51,722 nucleotides of DNA from a virus. Positions 32,824 through 41,389 of the stretch are shown here, one piece after another (position 1 is the first letter of the stretch; each line of letters begins with the position of its first letter). The notes beneath the pieces were generated by a model, which saw nothing but the letters and a program-made list of their open reading frames with translations, ran no database searches and was not told the origin of the DNA. The stretch is from the IMG/VR virus record IMGVR_UViG_3300029728_000017; one strand, written 5' to 3'. Made by a program: the position numbers and the translations under genes.

Positions 32824-33266
32824 TTACCTCCCACGGCCCAGTGCTTTAGGTCACCGTAGTCTTTCATGTCCACCTTTGTCACCTCGTAGCAGTCGTCGTG
32901 CGCCCTTGCCACAGTCTCGTTGTCTGTGACAAATCGCCCCTTGACGAAAAAGCTCTCTCCGCCGTTGCCGTTGGTGGAAAGTGTCCACAGTCCGGACTTT
33001 TCCTCCGCGTTCCAGAAGTCCTGCGGCCCTGCATACCGTTTCTTTTTGCCAGTCGTTGCATCTTTTGCAACAACTGAAAACGGGATGTACAGGTTTACCG
33101 CATCGGCCCCTTCCAGGCCGCTGGCCCTTACGTTGGCCGCCTTGGAAGCGGACAGCAGCACACCCTCAAGCACCGTCACATAGAGCTTCGTCACGTCCTG
33201 CATGGTGCCGGTGTCCGTCTCGTGGGTCACGTTATAGAGCGTTACCGTGTGGGGGAACATGGACAT
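32820..33266 (-). CDS. Head closure protein (minor capsid protein 1-like)
   Basis: ORF track, 148 aa. Called from position. Confidence 0.55.
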   Translation of the reverse strand: MSMFPHTVTLYNVTHETDTGTMQDVTKLYVTVLEGVLLSASKAANVRASGLEGADAVNLYIPFSVVAKDATTGKKKRYAGPQDFWNAEEKSGLWTLSTNGNGGESFFVKGRFVTDNETVARAHDDCYEVTKVDMKDYGDLKHWAVGGK

Positions 33267-33658
33267 GATCCGTACCCCCTTGCTTTCAGTAGTCCGTAAG
33301 GTGCCAGATACATGGCCGCGATCTCCCGCTTTCTTGCTTCCAGCAGCTGCATATCGGCGGCAGATACCGCTTTCGTGCCGTAGCTTTTTGACCAGTCGCC
33401 CACGGATTCGCTTGCTACAGGTCTTTCGGCGTTAAAGGCGACGCTGTTCAGCCGTTCGCCGTCCTGCATCACCTCTGCTAATGCGCACACCGCGTTCTGC
33501 ACGGCGGTCATGGCGTCGCCGGTGACATTTCTGGCGCGGTTCATGGTCACATAGTCCACATAGGCCGATGCCCTACCAGCCAGGGCCTGGAAAGCGTCCA
33601 CGTCAATGGCCGTGCCGTAGAACTCGGTAGCGTAGTATTCATAATCTGCGTATGCCAT
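33242..33658 (-). CDS. Head-tail connector / adaptor protein
   Basis: Met 99 of ORF 33242..33952 is preceded by AAGGAGG. The N-terminus reads MAYADYEYYATEFYGTAIDVDAF. Confidence 0.55.
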   Translation of the reverse strand: MAYADYEYYATEFYGTAIDVDAFQALAGRASAYVDYVTMNRARNVTGDAMTAVQNAVCALAEVMQDGERLNSVAFNAERPVASESVGDWSKSYGTKAVSAADMQLLEARKREIAAMYLAPYGLLKARGYGSCPCSPTR

Positions 33659-33683
33659 GTTTTCCGCCTCCTTTATATCGTTT

Positions 33684-33721
33684 CCTCCCCGCCCGTCAGG
33701 TTTTCCATCGGGGCGGGGAGG
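33684..33721 (-). terminator. GC-rich hairpin just after the capsid gene with no U-tract (partial terminator or RNA stabiliser)
   Basis: CCTCCCCGCCC...GGGCGGGGAGG, a stem of about 11 bp, lies 9 nt after the capsid stop codon. Confidence 0.4.
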
Positions 33722-33729
33722 AGGCGCGC

Positions 33730-34767
33730 TTACTTGCTGGTGTCGGCTGCGATAAACAGGCCGTTGGGATTGGGCACCACGGGGATAAACACGCCGCTGG
33801 CCTTTGTCCACACCGCCACGGGGTCGGGAGTGGCCCACTGGGTAATGGTGATGAACTGGTTGGCGCTCTTTTCGTTGTACTGCCCGTAGTCGGCTTCCTC
33901 TGGGGTCACACCCCACAGGCCAACGCCGAAGGAGGAAGACGTGCCATTGCACAGGAACGCCATCTTGTCTTCGGGGAAAAAGCGCTTGGTGGCCTCGTTG
34001 CCGCTGGCGGTCTGGGTCTTATAACGCAGGTCATTGGTGGTGATGACGCCAAAGCCAAACAGTTCCGCGAACAGAGAACGGATTCTCTCGGCAGGAACAT
34101 AAGTGCCAGCACCCACAGTGCCATAGATCAGCGTCTGAATGCCCTTGTTGGCAGCCAGCTTGCGCAGAATTTTGGTGGAGGTCACGATTTCGGTCAGGGC
34201 GTTGCCGGACTCAGCGGCATCGTCAGCCACGGCCATGATTTGGCCCACGATATCAGCGTTGGGGCCGAAGTCGATCTTGTAGCCGGTGTTCTTGGTGGGA
34301 ACACCGTAGTCCACCTTGAGGTTCAGGTTGTTCTCGTTGATGGTCATCTTGCCGGTGGCCAGCACTTCCATCTTGGCAACCTCAGTGCGGGTCTTGACGG
34401 CCTCGGCCATCTGGCGCATGTCGTCAAAGACATAGCGGATGATCTCGTTCTCGTCGCTTACGCCGTTTTCGATCATCAGCCGCACGCGCTCAGTCTGGTT
34501 GATCTTGCGCTTGATCAGCAGCTTTTCCACCTCGGTCTTCTCGAACACGGGGCGGGTGCCGATCTCGGCCTCAGTGTCAAAGGCGTGTACGGTTGCCATC
34601 ACGGGGATGTTGGCACCATCGGCCAGACGCAGATACTCCGCCTTGAGATTGGCGGTCTTCTGGTCGGGGAAAATGCGGTCGCCGATGTAAGCGGGCCGCG
34701 CAACAGACAGATTCTGTGCAAATTCCAGGCGCTCAGCGCTGGAAATCATGTTCAGGATATCGGGCAT
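33730..34767 (-). CDS. Major capsid protein (protein E-like family)
   Basis: ORF track, 345 aa. Called from size, position after the scaffold gene, and MPDILNMISSAERLEFAQNL...IFPDQKT. Confidence 0.85.
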   Translation of the reverse strand: MPDILNMISSAERLEFAQNLSVARPAYIGDRIFPDQKTANLKAEYLRLADGANIPVMATVHAFDTEAEIGTRPVFEKTEVEKLLIKRKINQTERVRLMIENGVSDENEIIRYVFDDMRQMAEAVKTRTEVAKMEVLATGKMTINENNLNLKVDYGVPTKNTGYKIDFGPNADIVGQIMAVADDAAESGNALTEIVTSTKILRKLAANKGIQTLIYGTVGAGTYVPAERIRSLFAELFGFGVITTNDLRYKTQTASGNEATKRFFPEDKMAFLCNGTSSSFGVGLWGVTPEEADYGQYNEKSANQFITITQWATPDPVAVWTKASGVFIPVVPNPNGLFIAADTSK

Positions 34768-34785
34768 AGTTTCTTACCTCCTTAC

Positions 34786-35343
34786 TTAGCCGTTGGTCGT
34801 CCACACGGGGTACAGGGTCACATTGCCGGTGATCTCCACCTCAGTCACAGCAGCGCCGCCCTTGCTGGTGCTCCAGCCGGTCTGCTTATTGCCGCTCTTG
34901 GTCAGCGGATAACTGGTGGAAACCGGCGCGATGGAACCCTCGAAATAGGTGTTGCCATCCACGGGAGGCGTACCGGTACCGTCGTTCTTGTCATAAGTCA
35001 CGGTGTAGCCGCGAGTAATGGCGGGGGTGTCGACGAACACGATGCCCTTACCGGCCAGTGCGGTCTTGGCGGCGGTCTGGAGATTCAGGTTCTCCGCCAG
35101 CACGCGGCCAGCTACCAGCACGGAACCGGGCATATTGCCGCTGGTCACGTCCACGGGCTCAAATACGATGCCAACAGCGTTACCATCGTTAGAGGGGAAA
35201 GGGGTGCCTGCTGCAACGATCTTGTAATTACCGTCTTGCACGCCCATAGAGGCGGGAATCTCGCGGGTCTTTAGCACCAGGCCAACTTCGCTTTCCAGGA
35301 AATTAGGCCGCTTGGTGCAGGTCGTATTGGTCACAAAAGACAT
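34786..35343 (-). CDS. Head decoration-like protein with a C-terminal Listeria-Bacteroides-repeat-like domain
   Basis: ORF track, 185 aa. The C-terminal YTVTYDKNDGTGTPPVDGNTYFEGSIAPVSTSYPLTKSGNKQTGWSTSKGG...VTLYPVW fits the flg_new repeat pattern. Confidence 0.55.
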   Translation of the reverse strand: MSFVTNTTCTKRPNFLESEVGLVLKTREIPASMGVQDGNYKIVAAGTPFPSNDGNAVGIVFEPVDVTSGNMPGSVLVAGRVLAENLNLQTAAKTALAGKGIVFVDTPAITRGYTVTYDKNDGTGTPPVDGNTYFEGSIAPVSTSYPLTKSGNKQTGWSTSKGGAAVTEVEITGNVTLYPVWTTNG

Positions 35344-35351
35344 GGATCAAA

Positions 35352-35942
35352 TCACTCCTTCGTAGTTGTCTGCGCATACTGCGCGTTGAATTGTTTTGCG
35401 TACATTGCGCCCAGACCCTCCGCTTTAGGAGCGCCGCCGGTACCGACGGGCTTTGCAAACGTGGGGGCGGGCTTGCCGGTCTGAAACGCGCTGGGGTCTG
35501 CGTCCATCTGCGCCTTGTGCCACTCGTCAAATCCCTCAAACACGCCGTTTTCCAGTTTCAGGCCCCTTGTTTTCAGGTCTGCGACATAGGCACGTTCCGC
35601 CGCCTTGGAGCTGAATTTGATGCCCTTGTCGTTGATGACCTTGGCAATCGCGTCGGAATAGTCCCGGTCAGCGATCTGGGCCTTGTACTCGGCGGTTTCC
35701 TTGGTGTACTTGCCTTGCAGCTCCTCCAGCTGCTTGCGGATGCCCTCCGCGTCGCCGCTGGATTTCTTTAGCTCCTCGATGTCCTTGTCGCGGTCGGCAA
35801 GATTCTTCTGCGCCGCCGCCAAGTCCTCCTTGGCCTGATCCGCTTTCTGCTTCTCCCGGCCAATGTCCCGGCTGTTTTCGTCGAGGATCTTGTCCACAAC
35901 GTCCTTTTCCAGCCCCAGACCTTCCAAAAAATCGCGTTTCAT
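35352..35942 (-). CDS. Scaffolding protein (GP20-like)
   Basis: ORF track, 196 aa. It is a charged coiled coil lying directly upstream of the decoration and capsid genes. Confidence 0.8.
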   Translation of the reverse strand: MKRDFLEGLGLEKDVVDKILDENSRDIGREKQKADQAKEDLAAAQKNLADRDKDIEELKKSSGDAEGIRKQLEELQGKYTKETAEYKAQIADRDYSDAIAKVINDKGIKFSSKAAERAYVADLKTRGLKLENGVFEGFDEWHKAQMDADPSAFQTGKPAPTFAKPVGTGGAPKAEGLGAMYAKQFNAQYAQTTTKE

Positions 35943-36032
35943 GTCTGCTCCTTCGCCACCTCGCTTTTTTCGCGTGGGTCGCCTCCACTGTGGCCCCGTA
36001 GTTTTGCGACGTCGGGCCGGTCAAAAATTTTG

Positions 36033-36084
36033 AAAAAAAGAAAGAGGGGCTAACCAACTACAATTCGTAGTCAGTTAGCCCCTC
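36033..36084 (-). terminator. Strong intrinsic terminator closing the accessory island
   Basis: The minus strand reads GAGGGGCTAAC-tgactacgaattgtagttg-GTTAGCCCCTC, followed by TTTCTTTTTTT. Confidence 0.8.
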
Positions 36085-36168
36085 TCGGCTCTTCTCACTC
36101 ACCGCTTAGAGCGAGGTCGAATATTTGTTTGATTTATTATACCATACCACGCGACCGGTGGCAAGCGC

Positions 36169-36402
36169 TTATTCGTCGATTCCGGCAAGATATCCGTCGA
36201 TCCAGCCGGAAATCTTGGCTTCCTCCACATGGGCCAGGATCAGATCAATGAGCTTGTTGTTGTCCTTTGCCGAAAGCGACAGTCCCTTGATAAACTCAGA
36301 AAGCGTCCTGCCTGTTGCGGCAAAAGCTTCCGTCGTCTGCGTAAGGTGCTGCTCCATGGGTACATCCTCGCTTTGGTCGAGGAACTTGACGACCTTCATC
36401 AT
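36169..36402 (-). CDS. Hypothetical protein
   Basis: ORF track, 77 aa. Confidence 0.65.
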   Translation of the reverse strand: MMKVVKFLDQSEDVPMEQHLTQTTEAFAATGRTLSEFIKGLSLSAKDNNKLIDLILAHVEEAKISGWIDGYLAGIDE

Positions 36403-37214
36403 TACGACACGCGCCCCCGATCCATCATCGCCACGATGCCGCGCTTCTCAAGAATGTTGTGGATCATCAGGCGTCCCTTCTGCGTCCACTGTGTATGGAG
36501 CTTCGTGTCGGCGCGTCCGTCCGAATGTGTGAACCGGAAAGTCTTGCTCTTGGTATAGCCCTTGTTCATGTGCTTCTTGTAAAGCAGCCATTGGCCGTTT
36601 ACCTTGTGCTGAACGCCCTCGTCACGAAGGATCTTATTCAGCTGCTGGGCGCTCATACCGTAATCGGCGGCGATCTGCGAGGTCGCCAGCGCATCCGGAC
36701 TTTCCAGAATGATATCCACATACTGCCGAATCGGTTCAAACTCTGCGATCACCTGTGCCTGACGCTCATTCTCCGCCGCCAGTGTCGCATTGGAAGCTTC
36801 CAGCGCCATGCGCTGTTCCTCGCTGTCAGCCAGCGCACGCAGCGCGGAGGGATAATCCTTCGGCAGCAGATACATACCGTTCTTGCGGATCGTGGGCAGA
36901 ACTTCTCCCGTGACCCAATCTGTAAACTTCTCCGCCGCAGGCAACTTTGAGCTAAACACAAGGCGATAAAGGTCACTCTCCGGAATAAACAACATTTCCG
37001 TCTCTTGCTCCGTTGTGACCCCATACTGATTTGTGGTAGTAGAGACCCCGCCCCGTTTCAGGGCACCCTTGCAGTGAGCCGCAATCGCGTTTCTTGGCTT
37101 TGCGTAACCGAGCGCTCTTGCTACATCACTTGCGCAGAACAGTACCGCGCCGTTCTCCTCTAAAGTTCTGACCCGCCCAAATTCAGGATTATCAAAAATC
37201 ATCAGTTCGTTCAT
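36402..37214 (-). CDS. Antirepressor (Bro-N domain plus KilAC/ANT C-terminal domain)
   Basis: ORF track, 270 aa. The Bro-N part is LMIFDNPEFGRVRTLEENGAVLFCASDVARALGY and the KilAC-like part is ATSQIAADYGMSAQQLNKILRDEGVQ. Confidence 0.88.
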   Translation of the reverse strand: MNELMIFDNPEFGRVRTLEENGAVLFCASDVARALGYAKPRNAIAAHCKGALKRGGVSTTTNQYGVTTEQETEMLFIPESDLYRLVFSSKLPAAEKFTDWVTGEVLPTIRKNGMYLLPKDYPSALRALADSEEQRMALEASNATLAAENERQAQVIAEFEPIRQYVDIILESPDALATSQIAADYGMSAQQLNKILRDEGVQHKVNGQWLLYKKHMNKGYTKSKTFRFTHSDGRADTKLHTQWTQKGRLMIHNILEKRGIVAMMDRGRVS

Positions 37215-37453
37215 GCAATATCCTCCTTCTTCATCGGTTTCATTTTTACCGTGATGTAAAAATCATCCTCGCCCATTGCAGAAATGTCCTCTACAAGGAA
37301 ATCGCCGAAATATCCCATCATGATCTCGTCGATGCCGTTCTTGTCCCGATACTTTATGGTGTATTGGCACCCGTCCATCGATAGCAGAATCTCCTTCGGT
37401 GTGTAGAGCAACGTGCAGGCTTCTCTAACAGTAAGCATAATAAAAAACCTCAT
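37211..37453 (-). CDS. Hypothetical protein
   Basis: ORF track, 80 aa, with an ATGA-type overlap with the antirepressor gene. Confidence 0.65.
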   Translation of the reverse strand: MRFFIMLTVREACTLLYTPKEILLSMDGCQYTIKYRDKNGIDEIMMGYFGDFLVEDISAMGEDDFYITVKMKPMKKEDIA

Positions 37454-37458
37454 TTCTC

Positions 37459-37488
37459 TTGACTCTGAGGCTTCCCCGATGATAGAAT
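37459..37488 (+). promoter_or_regulatory. Plus-strand promoter inside the minus-strand intercistronic gap
   Basis: TTGACT (37459-37464), an 18-bp spacer, then TAGAAT (37483-37488). It begins 6 nt from the start codon at 37453. Confidence 0.45.
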
Positions 37489-37494
37489 GGATTT

Positions 37495-37566
37495 ACCAAT
37501 GGGGAAACCTGTGGTGATTTGAACGCTCACGTTGTCTTGGTCGGACGGTGGGCGTTCTTTTTATTT
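37495..37566 (+). ncRNA. Candidate Sar-like antisense small RNA of about 70 nt
   Basis: A 10-bp stem GAACGCTCAC...GTGGGCGTTC (37521-37557) contains one T-G pair that is valid only on the plus strand, followed by TTTTTATTT. It lies between the Arc-like gene and the antirepressor operon. Confidence 0.35.
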
Positions 37567-37734
37567 GCCGATTTCTTCTTCAAGCTTTTTTCTAAACCAC
37601 TCTGTTCGTCCCTCGCCCTTTTCGGCCAGTTTCTTGTCGAGTGCTTCAGCTTTTTCCTTGTCCACCATAAACACAAGTTGTTTCATGGACTTTCTGCGCT
37701 CTCTAAAATACTCGGCGCGGCTTTTTTCAGCCAC
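37561..37734 (-). CDS. Arc/CopG-like ribbon-helix-helix protein
   Basis: ORF 37561..37761. An internal GTG at 37734, 5 nt after AAAGGAGGTG, is preferred. KQLVFMVDKEKAEALDKKLAEKGEGRTEWFRKKLEEEI has a strand-helix-helix layout. Confidence 0.55.
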   Translation of the reverse strand: MAEKSRAEYFRERRKSMKQLVFMVDKEKAEALDKKLAEKGEGRTEWFRKKLEEEIGK

Positions 37735-37765
37735 TTCCTCACCTCCTTTGTAGCTAACCACAAAG

Positions 37766-37933
37766 TCAAGAGTTTTTTTCGATTTTCTTCAAATTCACAT
37801 TCTCTCGCCGGATATGTATCACCCGCACCCCGTCTTTGGTGGGGATCAGCTCTACCCGGTCGCCCTTCTTCAAAACGCCATCAATGGCGTGCAAGGTGTT
37901 GGTATCAAAAAGAGAAGTCGCGTTATCTGTCAT
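37766..37933 (-). CDS. Possible 55-aa protein (below the ORF-track cut-off)
   Basis: Manual read gives MTDNATSLFDTNTLHAIDGVLKKGDRVELIPTKDGVRVIHIRRENVNLKKIEKNS. It fills the gap between two genes. Confidence 0.5.
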   Translation of the reverse strand: MTDNATSLFDTNTLHAIDGVLKKGDRVELIPTKDGVRVIHIRRENVNLKKIEKNS

Positions 37934-37943
37934 ACAGCACCCC

Positions 37944-38261
37944 TCACGGAATCAAGTCCACAGCGCCCTTTGCCGCGTTGTACAGCTTCTTCATGATCGA
38001 GTTTTCCTGCAAGTATTCCAGACCTTTCAGCGTGATCCGTATTTTGCGCGAGTTTCTGAGACAGAGGTCGCCGGTCACGCTGGTGTACAAGTCTGCGTTT
38101 TTGATAAGGCCCGCGTCTTGCAGCATTTCCAGATAGCGATGCAGGCGCTCCGCAGTGACGCCCATTTCTTCCAGCTGAAGCGCGTCAATATCAAACGCTG
38201 GCAAGTCCATGGAACGTTCCAATGCAAGCAGCAGCTTATAAATCGCCTTGAAGTTGTCCAT
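37944..38261 (-). CDS. YjcQ-like winged-helix protein
   Basis: ORF track, 105 aa. IYKLLLALERSMD...RYLEMLQDAGLIK resembles the YjcQ family. Confidence 0.6.
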   Translation of the reverse strand: MDNFKAIYKLLLALERSMDLPAFDIDALQLEEMGVTAERLHRYLEMLQDAGLIKNADLYTSVTGDLCLRNSRKIRITLKGLEYLQENSIMKKLYNAAKGAVDLIP

Positions 38262-38455
38262 CAGCCATCGTCCTCAACAACATACCATTTGCATTCTTCG
38301 CAAACCTCGTTCGCTCTGTCCATGTCAAACGGTTCTCTCAGCCGTGCGGCGTCCATTTCATCCTCGCGGACTTCCTGCACCTCTACGCACTCCGACCATG
38401 TGGTTTCTCTCTCATACAGTGGGCAATTATGCCGTGCGATAGGACTTCTTGCCAT
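38261..38455 (-). CDS. Small acidic Cys-containing protein
   Basis: Met 19 of ORF 38261..38509 starts just after the stop of the upstream gene. Confidence 0.55.
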   Translation of the reverse strand: MARSPIARHNCPLYERETTWSECVEVQEVREDEMDAARLREPFDMDRANEVCEECKWYVVEDDG

Positions 38456-38456
38456 G

Positions 38457-40004
38457 TTATTTCCCCTCCAAATAATCGCGGTACTTCTTGCGAAGTTTTT
38501 CCGGTACAACGGTCACGATTTCGTTCTTCGTGTTGAGCATAACATATCCGTTGTCTGCAAGAAATTTAAGGGTTTGCCGGTCTGTCTGGTACAACGTCAG
38601 TCTGCTGTTGTTGATTATATCCTGTGCAGCCTCAAGGTTCAAGCTGCTTCTGTCCGGCCTGTTCTCAAGATTGTCCCAAAAGTGCTGTTTTGCACCGGAA
38701 ATCTGTGGTTTCCCAACGTCAATCACATATTGACGATCAGAAAACCTATCTTTGATCTTCCATGTACCGGCGTATTCTTTCAACGGCGCGAACTTCTTGG
38801 AATCCGTCAGCTGCCCGCCATACAGCACCTTTAACCTTTCCTTCTGCTCCGGCAGCCCCGCCGCCTTGCTGAACTCCTTGTATTTGGCGTTCAGGCGACG
38901 CAACTTGATGTTGGCGGCGGTCTCATCATCTTTCAGCCCTGCGGCCTTATAAGCGTCTCTGAGACGCCTCTGCTTGCGTATTTGGCGCTCTATGCTGCGC
39001 TGCATCTGTGTAGCTGTGTACCCGTCGTATTCCTTGCCATCAAACACAAACTTGCGGTTTTCGCCTTTCATGGCGTCAAGATCGGCCTGTGAATATGTCG
39101 GCTCACTGACACCCTCCACGAACGGGTAAAAGGTGTGTCGGCAGTTCCAGCCGCCCAGTCCAGCGCCCTGGCCGTAGCCCGTGGTGGCAACAAAATCCTT
39201 GTACTCGCCCTTTGAATCTCCGGGCTTCTCAGCCCAACGATACACGCCGCCTTGCCAACTCTCATGGTTTTCCAGCCCGTTTCCCGTGTTTCGCGCCCCA
39301 ATATGGGCGCTTACTTCCACAAGATCAGTCTCCAGATAGTCGGCGGATTGCTCCGCATACTTCTGGTTGAGGGCATTCACGCCGGTCATCACGGCACGTC
39401 TTGCCGCCACGTCTACCTGATCCCGATGCCCACTTTCGTAGTCCACCGTTTTCAGGCCACTGTCCGCCAGCTGCTTGACCGCGTTGGATATCGCCTGATT
39501 GTAGGAAATCGCGCCGCTCTGCACCTGCATAAGGGCCGAATCGCAACACCATTGGTATGCTTTTGCAGGCGGCAGCATCGTTCGCCCATTGTCCACCAAA
39601 AAGCCCATGCTTCTGGTGATGTTCCGGCACTCCTGCTTTGTCTGTGCATAGATTGCCGCGATAGCCGCCGCATCCACCAGCACATCAGGCCGCGTCACAT
39701 CCGCTAACGTGATAAGCTCGGTGTAATACGCTTGATTCCGCACCACCACATCGTCCAGCAGCTTCTTGAGCTTCTGCTCACTGATGCCCGCGGTCTTGCG
39801 TATGGCTTTCTCGATCTCTTTCAGGTCAATGCCATGCGCCCGCAGCGCCTTGATGTCCTGCACCGTGACCTCATTCAACTCGTCCGCAGCCTTGAGCCGG
39901 GAGCATATCTCCATCAGCAAGGTATCTTCCAGCCCACGATACAACTCAGCCAGTTCCTCCGGCAGAGCGTCCAGCAATTCGGGCGTAAAGTCGTACTTTC
40001 TCAT
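38457..40004 (-). CDS. Minor head protein (SPP1 gp7 / Mu F-like)
   Basis: ORF track, 515 aa. Contains GGWNCRHTFYPF and lies directly after the portal gene. Confidence 0.85.
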   Translation of the reverse strand: MRKYDFTPELLDALPEELAELYRGLEDTLLMEICSRLKAADELNEVTVQDIKALRAHGIDLKEIEKAIRKTAGISEQKLKKLLDDVVVRNQAYYTELITLADVTRPDVLVDAAAIAAIYAQTKQECRNITRSMGFLVDNGRTMLPPAKAYQWCCDSALMQVQSGAISYNQAISNAVKQLADSGLKTVDYESGHRDQVDVAARRAVMTGVNALNQKYAEQSADYLETDLVEVSAHIGARNTGNGLENHESWQGGVYRWAEKPGDSKGEYKDFVATTGYGQGAGLGGWNCRHTFYPFVEGVSEPTYSQADLDAMKGENRKFVFDGKEYDGYTATQMQRSIERQIRKQRRLRDAYKAAGLKDDETAANIKLRRLNAKYKEFSKAAGLPEQKERLKVLYGGQLTDSKKFAPLKEYAGTWKIKDRFSDRQYVIDVGKPQISGAKQHFWDNLENRPDRSSLNLEAAQDIINNSRLTLYQTDRQTLKFLADNGYVMLNTKNEIVTVVPEKLRKKYRDYLEGK

Positions 40005-41389
40005 TCAATTTCGCTTTGAGCTTCAGTCACAATGTCCTGCATCTTCGGCAGCGCCGCCTTTGCGGTCGCCTCGTCCTCGTTGAAATATTTTGCTCTAAAC
40101 TCCCAGTCATTCATGATCCCGGCGTTCAGCAGCTGCAAATCGCGGGAAAACTCGTTGTCCTTGGTTTCCTGATCGTCAAGGATACTGTCACCCCAATCGT
40201 AAGTAACCTCATACTCGCCATCCGCAGCCAGACCGTAGAGCGTGGCATACACATCCATTGCGTAAATCAACGCATCAAACGTGTGTTCAAGCGCCGTCTG
40301 GATGCTGCTAATCAGCACATACTTTCGCTGCTTGCCGCTTCTGATCTCTGTTGCAGTCTTTTCTACCGTCTGGGGGTCGGAAATATCACCGTAAGACAAG
40401 CCTACGTTAAACTCAATGCGCCGAATAACGTCCTGAAAGCCCTTGTAAACCGCGTCATTCCGCAGTTCAGGATTAAGGAACTGGTAGAAGTCGCCGTCAG
40501 CCGTAAAAGCGCCAATTTCAAACAGCCGCTTGTCAAACATGTTGGCCGTGCTTGTGTTGCCGTCCATCAGCACCTTGCGCTCACCGGACTTGTACTCCCA
40601 CCGCAGACGCTCCCACTGTTCATCGGCCTGTTTGATCAGTTCCACCGTCGCCGCGTCACCGTAGATGGACATGCCACACAAGCTGTTGGTATCCGCCGTG
40701 TTGGCGATAGGCGGCTTGAAGTAGGCGAACAACGGCCCGTCCATGTTCTGGATGGTCACTTCCTCCTGAATGTCCGCCCATTCCGGCACCACGTCCAGCG
40801 GCGCAGGCGCACCCACAGAGCCGGTAGAATCGCTGTAATACGCCTTGTTCTTGATGGTGTAAACAGTATCGGTCAGGTCGTGGGATTCCAGCCGCACATA
40901 ATACTTGCCATTGACCTTCACCGGCTTGTCGCGGAACACGCCGCCGATGCATCGCCCGGTCGGGTCAAACTTCGTCGGCTGAAAACCCGCCGCGCCGGTC
41001 ATGTCCACCAACAGCTTGTCTCCGTAGATGTAAGGCTTTAATGCCACACCGCCAAGCGCAAGCCCCAGCTCCAGCGCCTTGCCGAAGTTTTCTTTCGCCA
41101 ACTGAAAGCCATCGTTAAGATAGTCCGCCCGCTGGCTGCCCGTGATGTTGGCCGTAAACTCCACCAGCGTTGGCCGCGTCACCTCTCGGCAGATGGCGGC
41201 AGGCAGTCCCACCGCTTTCACATTGCAGTCCTGCCAGGGCGGCGTATTGACCAGCATTGCATACCATAGCGCGATCTGCTGCTCCATCGTCATGCTGACA
41301 GCCGGAGATGTGCCAAATTCCCGCTCGGCCACAGCCCGCGGGAACAGTGCGCGCCTTACCGTATTAACGAAATTTCCCAAAAAGCTCAT
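40001..41389 (-). CDS. Portal protein
   Basis: ORF track, 462 aa. Called from size and position between the large terminase and minor head protein genes. Confidence 0.88.
   Translation of the reverse strand: MSFLGNFVNTVRRALFPRAVAEREFGTSPAVSMTMEQQIALWYAMLVNTPPWQDCNVKAVGLPAAICREVTRPTLVEFTANITGSQRADYLNDGFQLAKENFGKALELGLALGGVALKPYIYGDKLLVDMTGAAGFQPTKFDPTGRCIGGVFRDKPVKVNGKYYVRLESHDLTDTVYTIKNKAYYSDSTGSVGAPAPLDVVPEWADIQEEVTIQNMDGPLFAYFKPPIANTADTNSLCGMSIYGDAATVELIKQADEQWERLRWEYKSGERKVLMDGNTSTANMFDKRLFEIGAFTADGDFYQFLNPELRNDAVYKGFQDVIRRIEFNVGLSYGDISDPQTVEKTATEIRSGKQRKYVLISSIQTALEHTFDALIYAMDVYATLYGLAADGEYEVTYDWGDSILDDQETKDNEFSRDLQLLNAGIMNDWEFRAKYFNEDEATAKAALPKMQDIVTEAQSEIE

Noticed and set aside
33652-35274. 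A 540-aa plus-strand ORF, the longest ORF on that strand
   Set aside because: It lies antisense to the major capsid and decoration genes. It has Gly/Ala/His/Leu/Val low-complexity composition, no SD and no recognisable motif. This is typical of an open antisense frame in GC-rich coding DNA.
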